From Octopus vulgaris (lineage: Eukaryota), in the NCBI GenBank assembly GCA_951406725.2, contig OX597823.1, positions 107,694,001-107,758,000 of the forward strand: DNA of 64,000 nt. The letters run 5' to 3'. The notes under the pieces are model-generated. The model made no database searches. It was not told the origin of the DNA and saw only the letters and a list, made by a program, of their open reading frames with translations. A program made the position numbers and the translations under genes. This document shows positions 12,779-27,245 of this stretch, piece by piece. The number at the start of each line of letters is the position of its first letter. The first letter of the stretch is position 1.

Positions 12779-14876
12779 GTAGAATGAGGATATAGAAAAC
12801 TGCATTACTTAGCAGTGTAAGGAGTCTCCACAAAGGCCTTGAGATTTTAACAGAGTGTATCACAAGAAGTGAACAGCTACCATATTAATCATACTTCCAA
12901 CAGCAAACTGTATATGTTAGATGTTATAAGAATAATAATGATTTCAATAGTAAAAATAATTTCAACAAATATATATGTTTGTATTTTAGACACAAAGCCA
13001 GTAAATTTGAGTGTAAAGGGTTAGTTGATATCAATGATGATAATGTAACAACATGAAATAACAGGTTCAAATCTTATGTTAGTTATTATTGTATAACCTT
13101 GACAAGATTGATAACACTTCTTGCCTACATATGCCTGACTGACAGTTGCTGACTTCATTGGTTAATGGTAGAAATGGTATCCGACTTATAAAAAAGTTAA
13201 ACCAATTTAAACCATCTTTTACATGTTAAGACAGAAATGATGGTGATGATGATAATGAAGATTGTAATGATGGTAATTGTGGTGATAGAAGGCATTGTAT
13301 CTAGAGAGAATGATGGATTTGTCTTTAATTCATCTTAACATCAGAGTTAAAATAGTCAGCCCTGTGGATCGACTGGGGTTTGTAACAGGATTAATTATTT
13401 AATTCATCCAACTGAAAGAAGTGATTGTTCATTAAGGATTGCTATATTTCAACAACTAGCTCCCTGACCACCCAACTCCTTATAATCATCCACTTTAGCA
13501 ACTTATCTCTCTCTTCATCTCATTTCAACCTCCTTCTGAAATTGTTCTCTGGTTAACTTTGTAAATTAGAAACTAAAAGAAATATCATAATGCTGAATAA
13601 AAGAGAGCGAGAAAGAGAGAACTGATCTAGTCATGGCAATGATGCTGTGTTGAGGATGTAGTGGTGGTGGTGGTGGTGGTGGAAGTAGTGTAAAAGTAAT
13701 CGCCTTGTATGTAATTCAGGATAATTTGTTGTATATTTTTCCAAACTAACACTTGGTCTGTCTTCTCATAAAAAGATATTTACATTATATGTGATTTTAT
13801 GTGTGGATGTAGATGAAAGGTTTAGTGTAGTGCATGTATGGTGTATGTTTGTTTGTTTCTTATTGATGTTGTGTCTTAAACTGCCAGAGTTTTATATCCA
13901 TTTAGATAATGGGGAATGTGTCTATAGTACTCAAGATTTCATCGAATTACAATCAACTTGCTCTTGGGCAAGTTTCTTCTCCTTTATCTTTAGAAATTTA
14001 CAAAAAGCTTCTTGTTATATTTTGCTTTATTATTATTATTATTTTTTTTTGACACACACACACACACAAAATGTATATGTATTTTTTCTGCCACTTCAGT
14101 TTCTTCTCACCCACACCTGCTCCATACTTTCGTGTTTAATCAACTTACTATTTTTTTATGTGTATTGGGGAAAAATATATAATACTTGATATGAATTGAA
14201 TTACATGCTCACATGTAGTGATATAAACTTATAAATGGTGAGTAAAATATCATACACATATATATATATGCATGTACACATTTGAATGCACATGCATGTG
14301 TAATATGTGCATATGAAATGCTTATGTGGGATTGTGGGGCAAGAAAATGGGGTGGGGCGTAAAAGTAATAATTTTTGACATACCCTCCACTCAACATTCT
14401 ACCCTCATTACTTATTTTGTTTTGTTTTTCTTAGATAAAATCATTTCTAAATTTCTTGTTTTCAGGGTAAAGGGAAATGTATATATATAACTGCAAAGTT
14501 TCTCTTCCCCCACCTTTCTCTTATAGATTAGATTGTAAATATCATATCAATTAGAAAATAGATATTATTTTTGACATTTTCCTTATAACTCACATATGGG
14601 CTGTGTGTGTACATGTGTGTGTATGTGCATGTGTGTGTAAATGTCTCATTGCGTTTTTCTTAGTGCATATCTCTGTTTAGTCTATCTGTACACATTGTTT
14701 TCAGAATTGCGTGGTTTTCTACCCTAGGTTTATAATTTAGTATTTTTATCAATCTGTTTTTCTTTATGTTTCAAAACTTATAATAATAATAATGAAATGA
14801 TTGTATACAGTGCTCAGGTCTTTGAATATACAAAAGTGGAAGGTGAATTTATATTTAATATAATAGCAGTCAGTAT

Positions 14877-15267
14877 GGATGGATGGAAGCACTCTATCGG
14901 TTACGATGATGAGGGTTCCGGTTGATCCGAATCAACGGAACAGCCTGCTCGTGAAATTAATGTATAAGTGGCTAAGCACTCTACAGACACGTGCACCCTT
15001 AACGTAGTTCTCAGGGATATTCAGCATGACACAGAGAGTGACAAGGCTGGCCTCTTGAAATACAGGTACAACAGAAACAGGAAGTAAGAGTGAGAGAAAG
15101 TTGTGGTGAAAGAGTACAGCAGGGATCACCACCATCCCCTGCCGGAGCCTCGTGGAGCTTTTAGGTGTTTTCGCTCAATAAACACTCACAACGCTCGGTC
15201 TGGGAATCGAAACCGTGATCCTACGACCACGAGTCCGCTGCCCTAACCACTGGGCCATTGCGCCTCC
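14877..15267 (-). mobile_element. Young tRNA-derived SINE with 13-bp TSD
   Basis: Minus-strand head ggaggcgcaatggcccagtggttagggcagcggactcgtgg...ggtttcgattcc (A and B boxes) and (ATCC)n tail. TSD tagcagtcagtat at 14864-14876 and 15268-15280. Confidence 0.9.
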
Positions 15268-16617
15268 TAGCAGTCAGTATATGGCTGGTACTGCAACAGA
15301 AGTGAGTCACATCATCAATTGGTTATTTAGTGTAACATTTATCGACTATACATTGTCAGAAAGTTATACCAACAGAAAATTTAGTGATGAAGTGTCTGTC
15401 TCTCCAAGCAACACTTATCAGAAGGTTTGAATGAAGTACAAGAAGGCAGTACAAGATTCCTCAGCTAACCAGTGTAGGTAATGTTATTTGTTTTGAGGAG
15501 CTGCTATTTGATCGCTCAACTTACTAGAAAGAGTAGAGAGATCTATCTTACAACCACACTCGACTGCCTTCAGTAAGGAAAAGACATATTAAATAATACA
15601 GTCAAACATGTCACTAAAATGATCAGGTAATCACAGCTCGAACACTTTAGAATCAAACCAAAGCTGACCTTGGAAAAAAAGAACAGCAGAAATAACTATG
15701 TACTCATAGTATTTGTTGTGAGGTAGACCAGACCATTTGAAAGTTAAATATTTTGGCCCTAAAGAAACTTTTAAGCCATTTTAACAACAGGACCACATCC
15801 TTTATCTGACCTAGCCAACTGTGACTATTGTTCTTTTCTTAAATATGAACAGTAAATTCAACACTGACACAGTTTGGCCTTAAATAAGTTACCCAACCAA
15901 GTACTTGAATAGTGCATGTTTTTTTAGATTATTTACCTTATTACTGATACACTTTTCCAATCATCTTTTCAGACTCTATTTCTACACATTTGAAGTACAA
16001 TCCAAATTTTAACATTCAGCTCACCCTAACATCCACAAAGTATTGAATGCAAGACCATTTCAGAAATCCTCAGTATTCAGTCAATTATTTGTGACATATG
16101 ACTGCTCTAGTAAAAATGACCAGAGTTATTAAACATCAACAGCTTTAAGAAAAAAACCTTTCAGTTTCTATTGTATTTTTGTTTCCAATACAGACTGAAA
16201 AACTGAGTTTCTAGCAATAGACTTCCAACAAGAAAGTAACAACGTAGAATGAAGAATCTTGGAAAATAAAATAACTGGTACAATTTTTTTTTTTATATAT
16301 ATAGATTTATTTTAAATCAACATTACCAAAATCTTTTATTTGTTTTGTGCTAGTGTTGTGACTACTTACCAAATGGATCTACCCATGTGTGTGTGTGTGT
16401 GTGTGTGTGCATGCATTTATATATATAATAAACTTTAGATAGATCAACCTTTTTACATTGTATACTGAAGAAGATAGGTTCCCACCAAGCTATCAAGTAC
16501 AGTCCTTAGTCATGTTTGTTTTATAACCAGACATGGCAGAAATAGCATGAATTTCAAAGCTAAGTAAACAATGTGTATGAGTGTAAGTATGTTTGTTTGC
16601 TCTTCAACTTAATATTA

Positions 16618-16657
<40 letters not shown>

Positions 16658-19600
16658 ATATGTATGTATGTGTGTGTGTGAGTGTGGGTACATTATTTGA
16701 AATAAGCTGGTTGATTAATTCTTTAACTACCAATGGGTGCTTAAATTTATTTTTCCATCCTTGATAGTTTGATCAAGTGAATTATGTTTGATTAGGATTT
16801 ATCAACTAAGTATTGAACAAAATATCATATTTATTATTTTTATTACTTTTATTTGTACTAAATTGTTGGAGACAATAGCATGGCTGACCAAAATATCCTC
16901 CTGATATTTAATAACTCTATGTTCTCAGTTCAAATCCTAGCAATATAGAATTCTTTTTTAATCACTTTAGCCTTAATAAAGTCAGGACCAGTAAATTCAA
17001 CAAAACTTGATCTGCTGCTTTGTCAGATGTCATTATTTATTATCATTTTAGTTATGGATTTCTGTAACATTTAAAGAAAACTGTTTTCCAGTTTCACCTT
17101 CAAAAATAGGTCAGATTAGAGATTTTAGAAACAGCTGTGACAAATTGAAAAATTTACTTTTTGAAATATTAGATACTAATTAACTTTTAAGACCTGATGT
17201 TAATTTATTTTATATATTTTTTTAAGGGTGAGTAACCAATTTGATGGTGGTGGTGTGGGCTTGACATCAGGGTAATGTTATGAAAGAATGTGTGACGCTG
17301 GTAGTTATAGATGGAGATGCTAAGAAACTGGGGTGAGGGAAAATAAAAATGATGGAAAGCATCAGATACATTGTATACGTAACTTTGTATTGATTCTTAG
17401 TTGTAACTATTTTGCACATGAACCTCTTGGAAGGAACAAATGCCCTAATTGTCTTCTCTGTCTTTCTTTTTCATAATATGGCCTATGACCACTTAATTAC
17501 CTGCTCAACTAATTCATATTTATCATATTGTTATCTGGTAGTCTGACTGAATATTTTTTTTTATGGAATAAAATTATCATTTTAGTTTTAAAAAATAAAC
17601 CCTCCATTCTTAATTTTTTTAAAAATGGTGTTAATTATTTACCAGTGAAACTGACAAGTTGAAGATTTTAAATGAATTATTATTTTTTTTTATGAGCGAG
17701 TGATATGTGAGATACTTTACTTCATTATTGTGGCACTGGTTTTAAAGCCAAAATAGTTTATATTCTATGTTCTTTCACTGAAACTATGTTGCCATGTATC
17801 TTTAGCAAAATGGCCTATTTTTAATTAGATAACATGGATGAATGCACTGCAACAGGCAAGAAACCATTTCCTGTGTATAAATAATGAAATTTCATCTTGA
17901 AGATAGATATACCATAGTCCTATGGAGTATTAATTCCATGAGGTTAAAGAAACTGGATCACTCGAATGCTAGTTGATTTTTAAACTACCATCTCAGACAA
18001 GTTAGTTGAAAATCGATGATACCATTACTTCTGTTTCATAAAAAATTACTTATTCCAACAATTTCAAAATGGAAATTGAATTATCATTTAGCCCATGTCT
18101 TTTATGTTGTAAGTGAAATAAATTAGCTATAAGACAAGTGAAAACCCCCGTCTCAGGTTGATGGCTTCTCTAAATAGTTATAGTTGTTATACAAATTATT
18201 TCTAATCTTAACTGTGATGTGGCCTTTAATTAACAATCTTCATTTTGCTGGCTTTAGTCTTCCTAATCCAAAAATATATGCTAACCATCGCTTGTTCTAA
18301 AATTGTCAAACATAATCTTATTTCAACTATTTGAGAAAGTAGCAATTGATAACAATGCCTATAAACATATCAAAAAGTTCAATAGAAACAAAACATATGC
18401 TGTTAGACTGATCTATAAAATATTATGAAGCTTAATGATGTTAGTGATAAGTTGAAGTTTATTACAAAAATCTACTTGGCAAGTAATTAAATCATTTTAC
18501 AGTTGTAAGCACACAAGTGACACACATCTCTTCTTAAGATATTTTATTGTTTTATCAGAAAATATTAGTGATTATATCCCTACACACCATTTTTTCTTTG
18601 TAAATTAAGGATTAATGATAGTTACTATGTCTCATGCTTTTGTAAGACAAAGGTACAGAGCAGTGTATAATACCTGTAGATGTAGAGTGATGAAATAAAA
18701 TATTACTTATTACCTGTAGAGGTTTTCCTGCAGACTTGCTCTTGGAATGAACAGTATCCATAGAGTTGATAAAATCTGGGTCCTTATGTAAGTTTCATTC
18801 CTAGGATTGTTGCCTTTGACAGGATAATAGGAAAAGAAGGGATCTTTGTATTTTTTTGTTTTAGTTTATATTTCTTTTTAACATTGTTTTTATATCTTAT
18901 TTCTTTTTGTTATCCATTTTCACTTTCTTTCTTCCTGACTTTTATTTATAAGTTTCTATTGTTTACACACCTGGAAATAAAAGACAAAGAGTTATTATTG
19001 TGGTTATTTAGATTTGATGTTGTTGTTGTTGCTGGTATTTTTCCTAAATTGACTAGAGATTGGTTTTATGTTAATTAATTATATTATAATTTTGGCTGAA
19101 ACTCAAATGAGCTATACACATTACACAAGCTTAAATAAAGATAGTAATGCAAACACATAAAGAATGATACACATTTACACACAGTGGCACATACATGATA
19201 ATGATACATCAGACACTTGTACACATATATGTACACATATACATTAAATGACATACATGCAAGTAGGGAAACACACATACATACAAAAGCGTGTATTGAA
19301 TGAGACAAATGTGTGTATTTAATGGCATACACATTCAGAATCACACATACACATACATCTATACACTGATGCACAAGTATATGAATAAAATCAGACTCAG
19401 ACATACGTATATACAATGATAAACATACATACATACGTACATTGACACATACACATTAAATGAGACATTATAATATATATTCTACTGCTTCACTTCCAAC
19501 GTTAACTGTAACTGTCCTGGTATAAACCTGCCATTTTGTCAACTCTCTAAACTTGCCTCCTTGTAAAAGAGTAATTGTAATTTTTATAATTATTGTAAGC

Positions 19601-20599
19601 AAGAATCTATAATGAGGGGCACTTAATGGGAGAGGATGGAATGGAGCTGTGAATGTGATTAGTTTCTATGATGGTTGATATTAAGTTCCATGGAGTAGAG
19701 GAAGTGTTTCTGGCAAGCTGTGTGTAATAATATGCTTTAGATTTCTCGTTACTTTGCTTTATATAGGTAGAAGCTCTGTACTGTCTCAGTCAACCCGTGA
19801 ATGCAAAGTAGTGTATTCTACCTAACTAATCAATGAAGAACTGGGGAGGTCAGTGTAGGGTAGATTTCTGAAATGTATACCCACCTTAAAGGGTATCTTG
19901 TTACATTTCATGGTAACGGTTTAAAGATAAGGCTCTGATAGTACGAAACAAAAGATTCACAAATAGAATATCCATGAAACAGAAGGTTCCCTTTTTGGAT
20001 TTTGCCAACAATGTCAGATCTCAAAGGATATGATTCGTGACCTCAATAGAGGAGTTTATGTAAGTGATCCTTGAAGAAGTGTCAGCTATTGATAGGATAT
20101 AAAGTATTTCCCTTATGTTTATTTTCATCATTGTTGTTTGTGATGTGATTTACTGATTGTTTCTCTTGTTTTTCTTTTCTAGTGATAACCAAACTGATTG
20201 TCTCATTAGCTTAATTATCAACCTGTACTTTTCTTTCTTAGAAACTAGAAATAACGAATGATCCAGTCATTCTGGAATAGCAGATATCTCTAAGAAATGC
20301 AAACCAGTAGAAATAAATGACAAACTGAAGATGACTTGAGGATATGGAATAACTAGCTAACACAAAGATAGAGAACAAATAGAAATGGTAACTTTTAGTC
20401 TAGTTGGTAACCTGGAAATACAAGACTAAGGGATAGGCAACCAAAATATGCATCTGTCACGTAATACCTTGCATTTGTGTTACTCCTGGTGTATTTATTT
20501 TGAGACAAATCAACCCGTTTCAAGCTGTTTGCAAGAAATGGTTAATCTGTTTTAATTATGAATCATGAATCAATAGTGCATTATAATGTGATAGAAGCC

Positions 20600-21500
20600 A
20601 TGAACCTTTCAGTCAACCATTTAAGACCTTACCAACTCAACAAGTTGCAGCCCTTTTCATACAGTATAGAGTACAAGTAATTATTTGTAAAAGGAAACCT
20701 GAAGCCAAAAACACTAATGACTTTTTTTTGTTTGAAGGGAGGCTGTAAATATTTTAAGAAACATGTGATGCACTTTGTAGGAACAGAATAAGTAAGTTTG
20801 AAGGAGTCATAAATAGAGAGAGAAGTTGTAAATCAATATTAGTTCATTTTGGTATTCTGCAAGATTGGGAAAATGTTATAACGAAGTCAGAAAGATTATA
20901 ACAACCAACACAAACTGGACAGATAGCTAAGCCTGTGGTATGAGAATAAACCTAGCATTTATTGTGACATTGAAGGATTTAGCCGTGTATAGATCATGCT
21001 TAGAATGACTGCACTGTATCACTGTTTCATGTTAATCAGTTGGATCTTTGATAAGTTAAAGGTGACAAGGTTATTACATCCCAATTTGAGTGTGTTTTTT
21101 AGGCAGAGAAAGTTTGGCAGGGATGTCTAAGATTTGGATGGTGTAAGTATGTCCAGAAGGAAGGAAGATTAAAGGCTGGTATTATTTATATTGAAGAATG
21201 TATGGTTAGAAATAATAGCAAATAGACTGTTGTTATGTGGGAAATGTAACTTGGGTGGTAGAGTGGCATTGATACAATGTGGTTGTGAGAGATCCCTGCA
21301 ATGCTCATTGCAAAAGCACAGTTAAATGGAAACCTCCAAGCCAAATGGATCTTGTCCATAAGCAGACAAATTCACTTGAATGTTCTAAGGTCAGAAATGA
21401 CAAGAATTCATCACTGGGGTTTAACAAGTTTGCTTTCTCAAAAGTTATCATGTGAAAAAAACCTCCATTATCTGATGTAGGAAAGACGAATTCCAATAGA
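20600..21500 (-). pseudogene. Possible very old Penelope-like RT relic
   Basis: The C/T-rich minus strand gives, in order, PTSDNGG (xDKGG-like), PAKLSLPKKH (LPKxHK-like), LSLFMTP and FTNNY. All are weak and broken by stops. Confidence 0.25.
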
Positions 21501-22086
21501 CCAGGTTATACAGAAACCATACTGTTAGTAACTGGAGAGAGAGAGAGAGGTTGGAGGGAAATGAATTGACTTTCTATGACAATTTCTATAATCGTTGAGA
21601 TGTTGGATATGCATGATATAGAACAAGAGCTCAAAGAGAATCAAGCACATCATTACATATTTCTTTAAACTGATATAAATTCCTATATAGACAGAAAAAA
21701 TGTAAAATTTTATCAGTGTTAAGAGTTGAATTTAGAGTGTCCTGGATGAGACAGAATTAGGAAAGATCATTTTGTTAGATTGGCTAGAAAAATTAAAAGG
21801 CTTTGGAACGGGGAGAGTAATTATTAGGGAATAGTGTGATGGAAAGTGGTGACAAAGTGGTTATGGTAATTGGCTGGGTTGATTAGGAGGGAATGGTGAT
21901 GGCAAAAGTCAGTTGTCTGCCATGCCAGCATAGTTTGAACAGTTTGTCAGGGTCCAGTACAGTTCTTCTTGGAGTTACATAAGTTTAATTTTAACATAGG
22001 GTAGTAACAGAGATACTAATAGCAACAGTGTTAGAGAGAGGGATATTAGAAAGAAAAGTGAGAAGTAGTGTCAAGGTATTAGTAAG

Positions 22087-22428
22087 ATGCTGCAGAAATT
22101 ATATAGACTTGGCTGGGAAATTTTGCCATACCCTCCATATTTGCCTGACCTTACACCTTCAGATTTCTACCTGTTTGGGCCTCTTCAAAATTCATTGAAT
22201 GGACAGACCTTTAACTTTGAAGAGGTTGTAAAAATTTACCTGGAAGCATTTTTCCTGAGTAAAAACACAAAATTCTTTGAACAGGTAATAATAAATCTGC
22301 CCACCTGATTGCAGAAGATAGTTGAAGAAAAGAGTAATTATGTCATTGATTGATTAAATCATTTTGTGTTTAAAATCTGTGTCTTATTTTTACTTAAAAA
22401 TCCTAACAGACTTTTGGGCAACCCAATA
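22087..22428 (+). mobile_element. Mariner transposase C-terminal relic with 3' TIR
   Basis: LGWEILPYPPYLPDLTPSDFYLFGPLQNSL (YSPDLAPSD motif), continuing past a stop to LQKIVEEKSNYVID*. TIR-like aaaaatcctaacagacttttgggcaacccaa ends in TA at about 22428. Confidence 0.9.
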
Positions 22429-24191
22429 TATGTGTGTAATGTACCTACTTTTTCCAGAATTCAAACAACAGGTCACAAAGATAACATAAATACATATATA
22501 TTGGCCTAAATGCAATATACTTAGGCAGCTTTTTCAAAGGTAGCAACAGTTTTGCTCTTCAACCACTGTATGCATTGTATCTTTATGGAAAAGGTCATGA
22601 TTTAGCAACAGAAAAAATATTTTTGTTGATTAGGAGCATTATATTTATTATAAATGTTCTTAAATTTAAAAAAAAATGTCATTGTGGCTTCAGTTTACAT
22701 TTCTATTTTTAACATCTATTATTACAATTCTGCAGTAAAAGTAATTACATTTTTCCATGTATTTAACAGAATTTTTGCTAATTTGTTCTTTACACTATAT
22801 TTTAATCAGTGTTGTCTTTAAATTTAAAATGATTCTCCCACTCTGCTCTAGGAAGTTGTTATCTTGTATACTGTAACTTTAGTTATCAGTAAATTATTTG
22901 ATGGCAAATATTAGAGCTTTTTGGAGATGTATAACCAAGGTTGTCAGTTGACTTATCTATGATGATGATAATGATCATCATCATCATAATTTGAATATCA
23001 TGAGGCTTGATTGCTTGACAAAAAAAAAAATGGAGTTATATTACCTAATCCAAAACCAATTTAATTATAACAGCAATAGGGTACTCTGCACCCTATCCAA
23101 AATATGTAGGTCAATGAGGAATTAGACAAAGGTTAAAGTTTATCAGGAATTCTATTAGAAAAATTTAACTATTGATACTATGGTAACCTAGATATGATAG
23201 GTGCTTTAATTGCTTTATTTATATATAAAAAGTTAAGTTGAACAGTAAATACTTCAAGCTTGACTGTTGTGTATAAAGTTATAATCCAACAATAATAACC
23301 ACACTATCTCATCCAAAGATACCCTCATCTAGTTGCAAATGAAACTTACATCAAAAGTAATTAAATCCACAAAAAAGATGACATCATGAGATGTGTGCCA
23401 CACCCAGGTACAGTGAAGAAACTAGATCTACTTTTAAGACTAATAGAATGGTAAAAATCACTAACTTAGAGAAACATGATGGCATCATGAAACCCTTAAA
23501 TTTAATTACTACAATAATTGATAGCAGCAATCAAGCTAGCTCACCAACAGGCTTCATTCACTTTCAATAACAAGACAACATTATGGTTTTGAAATACTAA
23601 GAACAAATAACAATACAAGATGACATTTTGTGTTGAGAGAACCAAAATTAGCAGCAAGAAAAGTGGCACCTTAAAACACATAGATCTAGTGAAATGATAT
23701 GGTTATATATAAAGATTTGATAAAGGCACATATGTTAACCTTTATGATGAGTTAAGTCTATGATTAGAGATTTCTTGAGTGCAGTTTTGAGATCAAGTTA
23801 AAGTAATACTATGTTCATGGTTACTTTATCAAATATTTCTTCACAGAGGTGCTTTCTCTAATTTGATGGTTTTACTACCCATTTAAATTTACCATTTGCA
23901 TTACCCCTTTCTTTTTAGATTACAAATGCATTTGTTTACTTTTGTTGCTGTTAATCATGATGGTGGAAAGGATGAGGATGTTAATAGTGAAGAAACCAAG
24001 TGTCTAAATTATATGAAGGGGCAACAACTACATCTGCTCCTACCCTATGTGTTAGCATTACAAAATAACTGTTAGCATACCAGGAAAAAAACATCTCAAC
24101 ATTTACTTATTGCAAATATACAAATGATAAATTTGGTTTATTTAATTCATACATATAGAGTGCATGATGGATTAACAGAGAATCTTGCTTC

Positions 24192-24670
24192 TCACAATAT
24201 AGAAACATTTCTTGTGACACTAGCAGACAAAATGGAAAAGGTGTTACCCCAGAGGATAGCGAGGGAGATGTGCGGGAACAGCCTCTCTGACTCATAGGTC
24301 TTGCACTTGTGGATAATCTCTGCCCTGGAGGTTTTAACTGCCACAGGCTCGGCCATAAACCTGTCAGAGAGCAACCAATACCTTGACAGTTCACTTTTCT
24401 CAGTCTAATGAGCAGCAGAGCCTGGGCTGGTAGCTGACAACACCAAGTTGCCACTGGAGAAGGTGTCACAGCATGTGGTATACCAGATGAGGGACCTACC
24501 ACCACAGAATGGGAAAACTGTCATACTATCCAGCCTTTTACCATCCCTTTGGCCTAGCCCCACTGGCTTGAGTTGGGAAGGGAAGCATGTAGTGTCTAGG
24601 CTATGCTTTATGATCTTGTTGATGGCAGCATGGTATGGCATGGAAGGACAGTGTATGGAGGCAGAAAGAA
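24192..24670 (-). pseudogene. CRE-type non-LTR retrotransposon restriction-like endonuclease domain
   Basis: One frame with a single stop: HAAINKIIKHSL...PSQLKPVGLGQRDGKRLDSMTVFPFCGGRSLIWYTTCCDTF...PGSAAH*TEK...RY..LSDRF..EPVAVKTS...ISLAILWGNTFSIL. This matches the RH..IN / DGKRPD / WDxT / PVAVET / RGN RLE signature. Confidence 0.85.
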
Positions 24671-26037
24671 TCTGTCAGTTCTATTAACTACCACATTCAT
24701 TATTATATTAATATCAACTTCATAGATTCTAGGGTGGCATACAACATGTTCATATTCAAAATAAAGGAAAATCTACCAAAACCAGAAAATACATTCATGC
24801 TTTTAGCTGTCAATTGCATATGAAATGGAAGTAAGTTTATATTGTCACTCTGAGAATTTCCACAGGTTTATACATGCTCAATGATCAGTAAGTGTAAGTT
24901 GGCATTGGATTAGCTGTTAACAGGTATAGACTTTGTATAGGTTGCCCAGTTGGAAAATCATCTCCTAGTGCCTTTAATAGAGGGTCATTCTATTCCAGGC
25001 ATTCAGTCGAGACGCCTAGTTCCCATCTCATGCATATTTTTCTTATAAATATTGAGGAGCCTGCAAAGATCCTCCTCAATGACTAAATTACAAGAAGAAA
25101 AAAAACATAAAACAAGAAACCCTTAGTAGGGACTGCTAGATAATTGACCTAACAGCATTTCTGCTCATCAGGTCCTTTTTAAAAAGTGCAGATAAATAAT
25201 TGTGATGAACAATGCATGGATTGTAGTTTCAAGATTATCCACACACACGCACATACACACACACACACACACATACCATACAACACCCACAGAATCCTAA
25301 CTCTCAGCCAATGAATATTTGGATGGTACTCAGATGACTTTTCTTTATATTCTGTTTGTGTTCAGAGCAGAGATTCACACAGACTACAGTCAAAACTACT
25401 CCTCTTGCAACTAAAACACTCTGTAAATGCATTCGTATATAATTTTTATCCTTTTTTCAAAGGCACAGCTGATTTAGTGATGCCTTAGCATATTACTGGT
25501 ACCATATTACATTCATGACTCGATTTAGAAAGGCAACATTAATCCTTGAAGGATTGCATTCAAGAAATGTTAGATAATTGACGAAATATGTTAAAGTTCA
25601 TACATATACATTGTTATCATCATTGTTTTTTGATATCATCATCATTATTGTAATCATTGTCATCAAAATGATAGGTTTTATGTCTTTTTTTCCATGTTGG
25701 CTTGAGTTGTAGGGATCATTATTGAATATCATTTTGCTTTTTAGGTTTTATTTTATTTACAACTAGACCTCTTTGTCTACTTTTTCAGTCTTATATCAAT
25801 ATATCTATAATGGCTAAGACTCTCATCAGAGTTCTAGGTGTTTCTGGTTCTATCACATACCTTGGATGAAGCAGTAGCCTTAGTTTTAGTTCTTATATAT
25901 TCAGACAACCTAGGAATACTCGGCTAGAATCATACTGCTGGCTGGACCGACCCTATCAGAAAGTGTTAAAACCACACTGATCTCCAGCCAACAGCTGTTC
26001 ATGGGAATGTCTCACTCCAGCATCATCTCTATGCATA

Positions 26038-26038
<1 letters not shown>

Positions 26039-26103
<65 letters not shown>

Positions 26104-26110
26104 TAGTAGC
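26039..26110. repeat. (AGT)n microsatellite
   Basis: About 20 AGT units, visible directly. Confidence 0.95.
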
Positions 26111-26134
26111 AGCACTAGTAAATAAGTGTATATA

Positions 26135-26175
<41 letters not shown>

Positions 26176-26446
26176 CTCATTTCCTTTCTAATCCTATTTG
26201 AATACTTCCAACCATTGAATTAAAACAATTATTTGCATATGTAACCTAGCTCAATTAAAGTTAATTTTTTTTTTTATTTAATTATGAATACATTGCATTT
26301 GTGTTCTATTTATGTTAAGTAGCGTTGGAGAAATAGAGGGAGGCAGAGGTGAGATATTTGAAATCTAGGCCAAAGCAAGCAAGCACAAGAGGAAACATTA
26401 TGTTTCTTTGCTTCTTTTTTTGCTTCATTTATTATTTTTTTATGTA

Positions 26447-26944
26447 TACACACACACATACATACATACATACATACATACATACACACACATACATACA
26501 TACATACATACATACATACATACATACATACATACATACATACATACAGACATACATACATACATACATACATACATACATACATACATACATACATACA
26601 TACATACACACATACATACATACATACATACATACATACATACATACATACACACACACATACATACATACACACATACATACATACATACATACATACA
26701 TACATACATACACACATACATACATACATACACACATACATACATACACACACATACATACATACATACATACATACATACACACACACACATACATACA
26801 CACACATACATACATACATACATACATACATACATACATACATACATACATACATACATACATACATACATACATACATACATACACACACATACATACA
26901 TACATACATACATACATACATACATACATACACACACACATACA

Positions 26945-26978
<34 letters not shown>

Positions 26979-27011
26979 CATACACATACATACATACATA
27001 CACACATACAT

Positions 27012-27042
<31 letters not shown>

Positions 27043-27090
27043 TACATACACACACACATACACACATACATACATACATACATACATACA

Positions 27091-27122
<32 letters not shown>

Positions 27123-27133
27123 CATACATACAT

Positions 27134-27164
<31 letters not shown>

Positions 27165-27206
27165 TACATACACACACATACATACATACATACATACATA
27201 CATACA

Positions 27207-27242
<36 letters not shown>

Positions 27243-27245
27243 TAT
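26447..27245. repeat. ~800-bp (CATA)n/(CA)n compound microsatellite
   Basis: Continuous CATA array with CA interruptions; source of the five long MYVC/HTYI ORFs. Confidence 0.98.

Noticed and set aside
15195-15267. tRNA-like sequence
   Set aside because: It is the head of a SINE bounded by TSDs, with no complete cloverleaf or acceptor stem.
18714-18800. Possible minus-strand exon with AG/GT boundaries and one open frame
   Set aside because: Weak acceptor and no recognisable protein similarity.
19933-19955. ctgatagtacgaaac hammerhead-like core
   Set aside because: The core deviates and no stem I or III can be formed.
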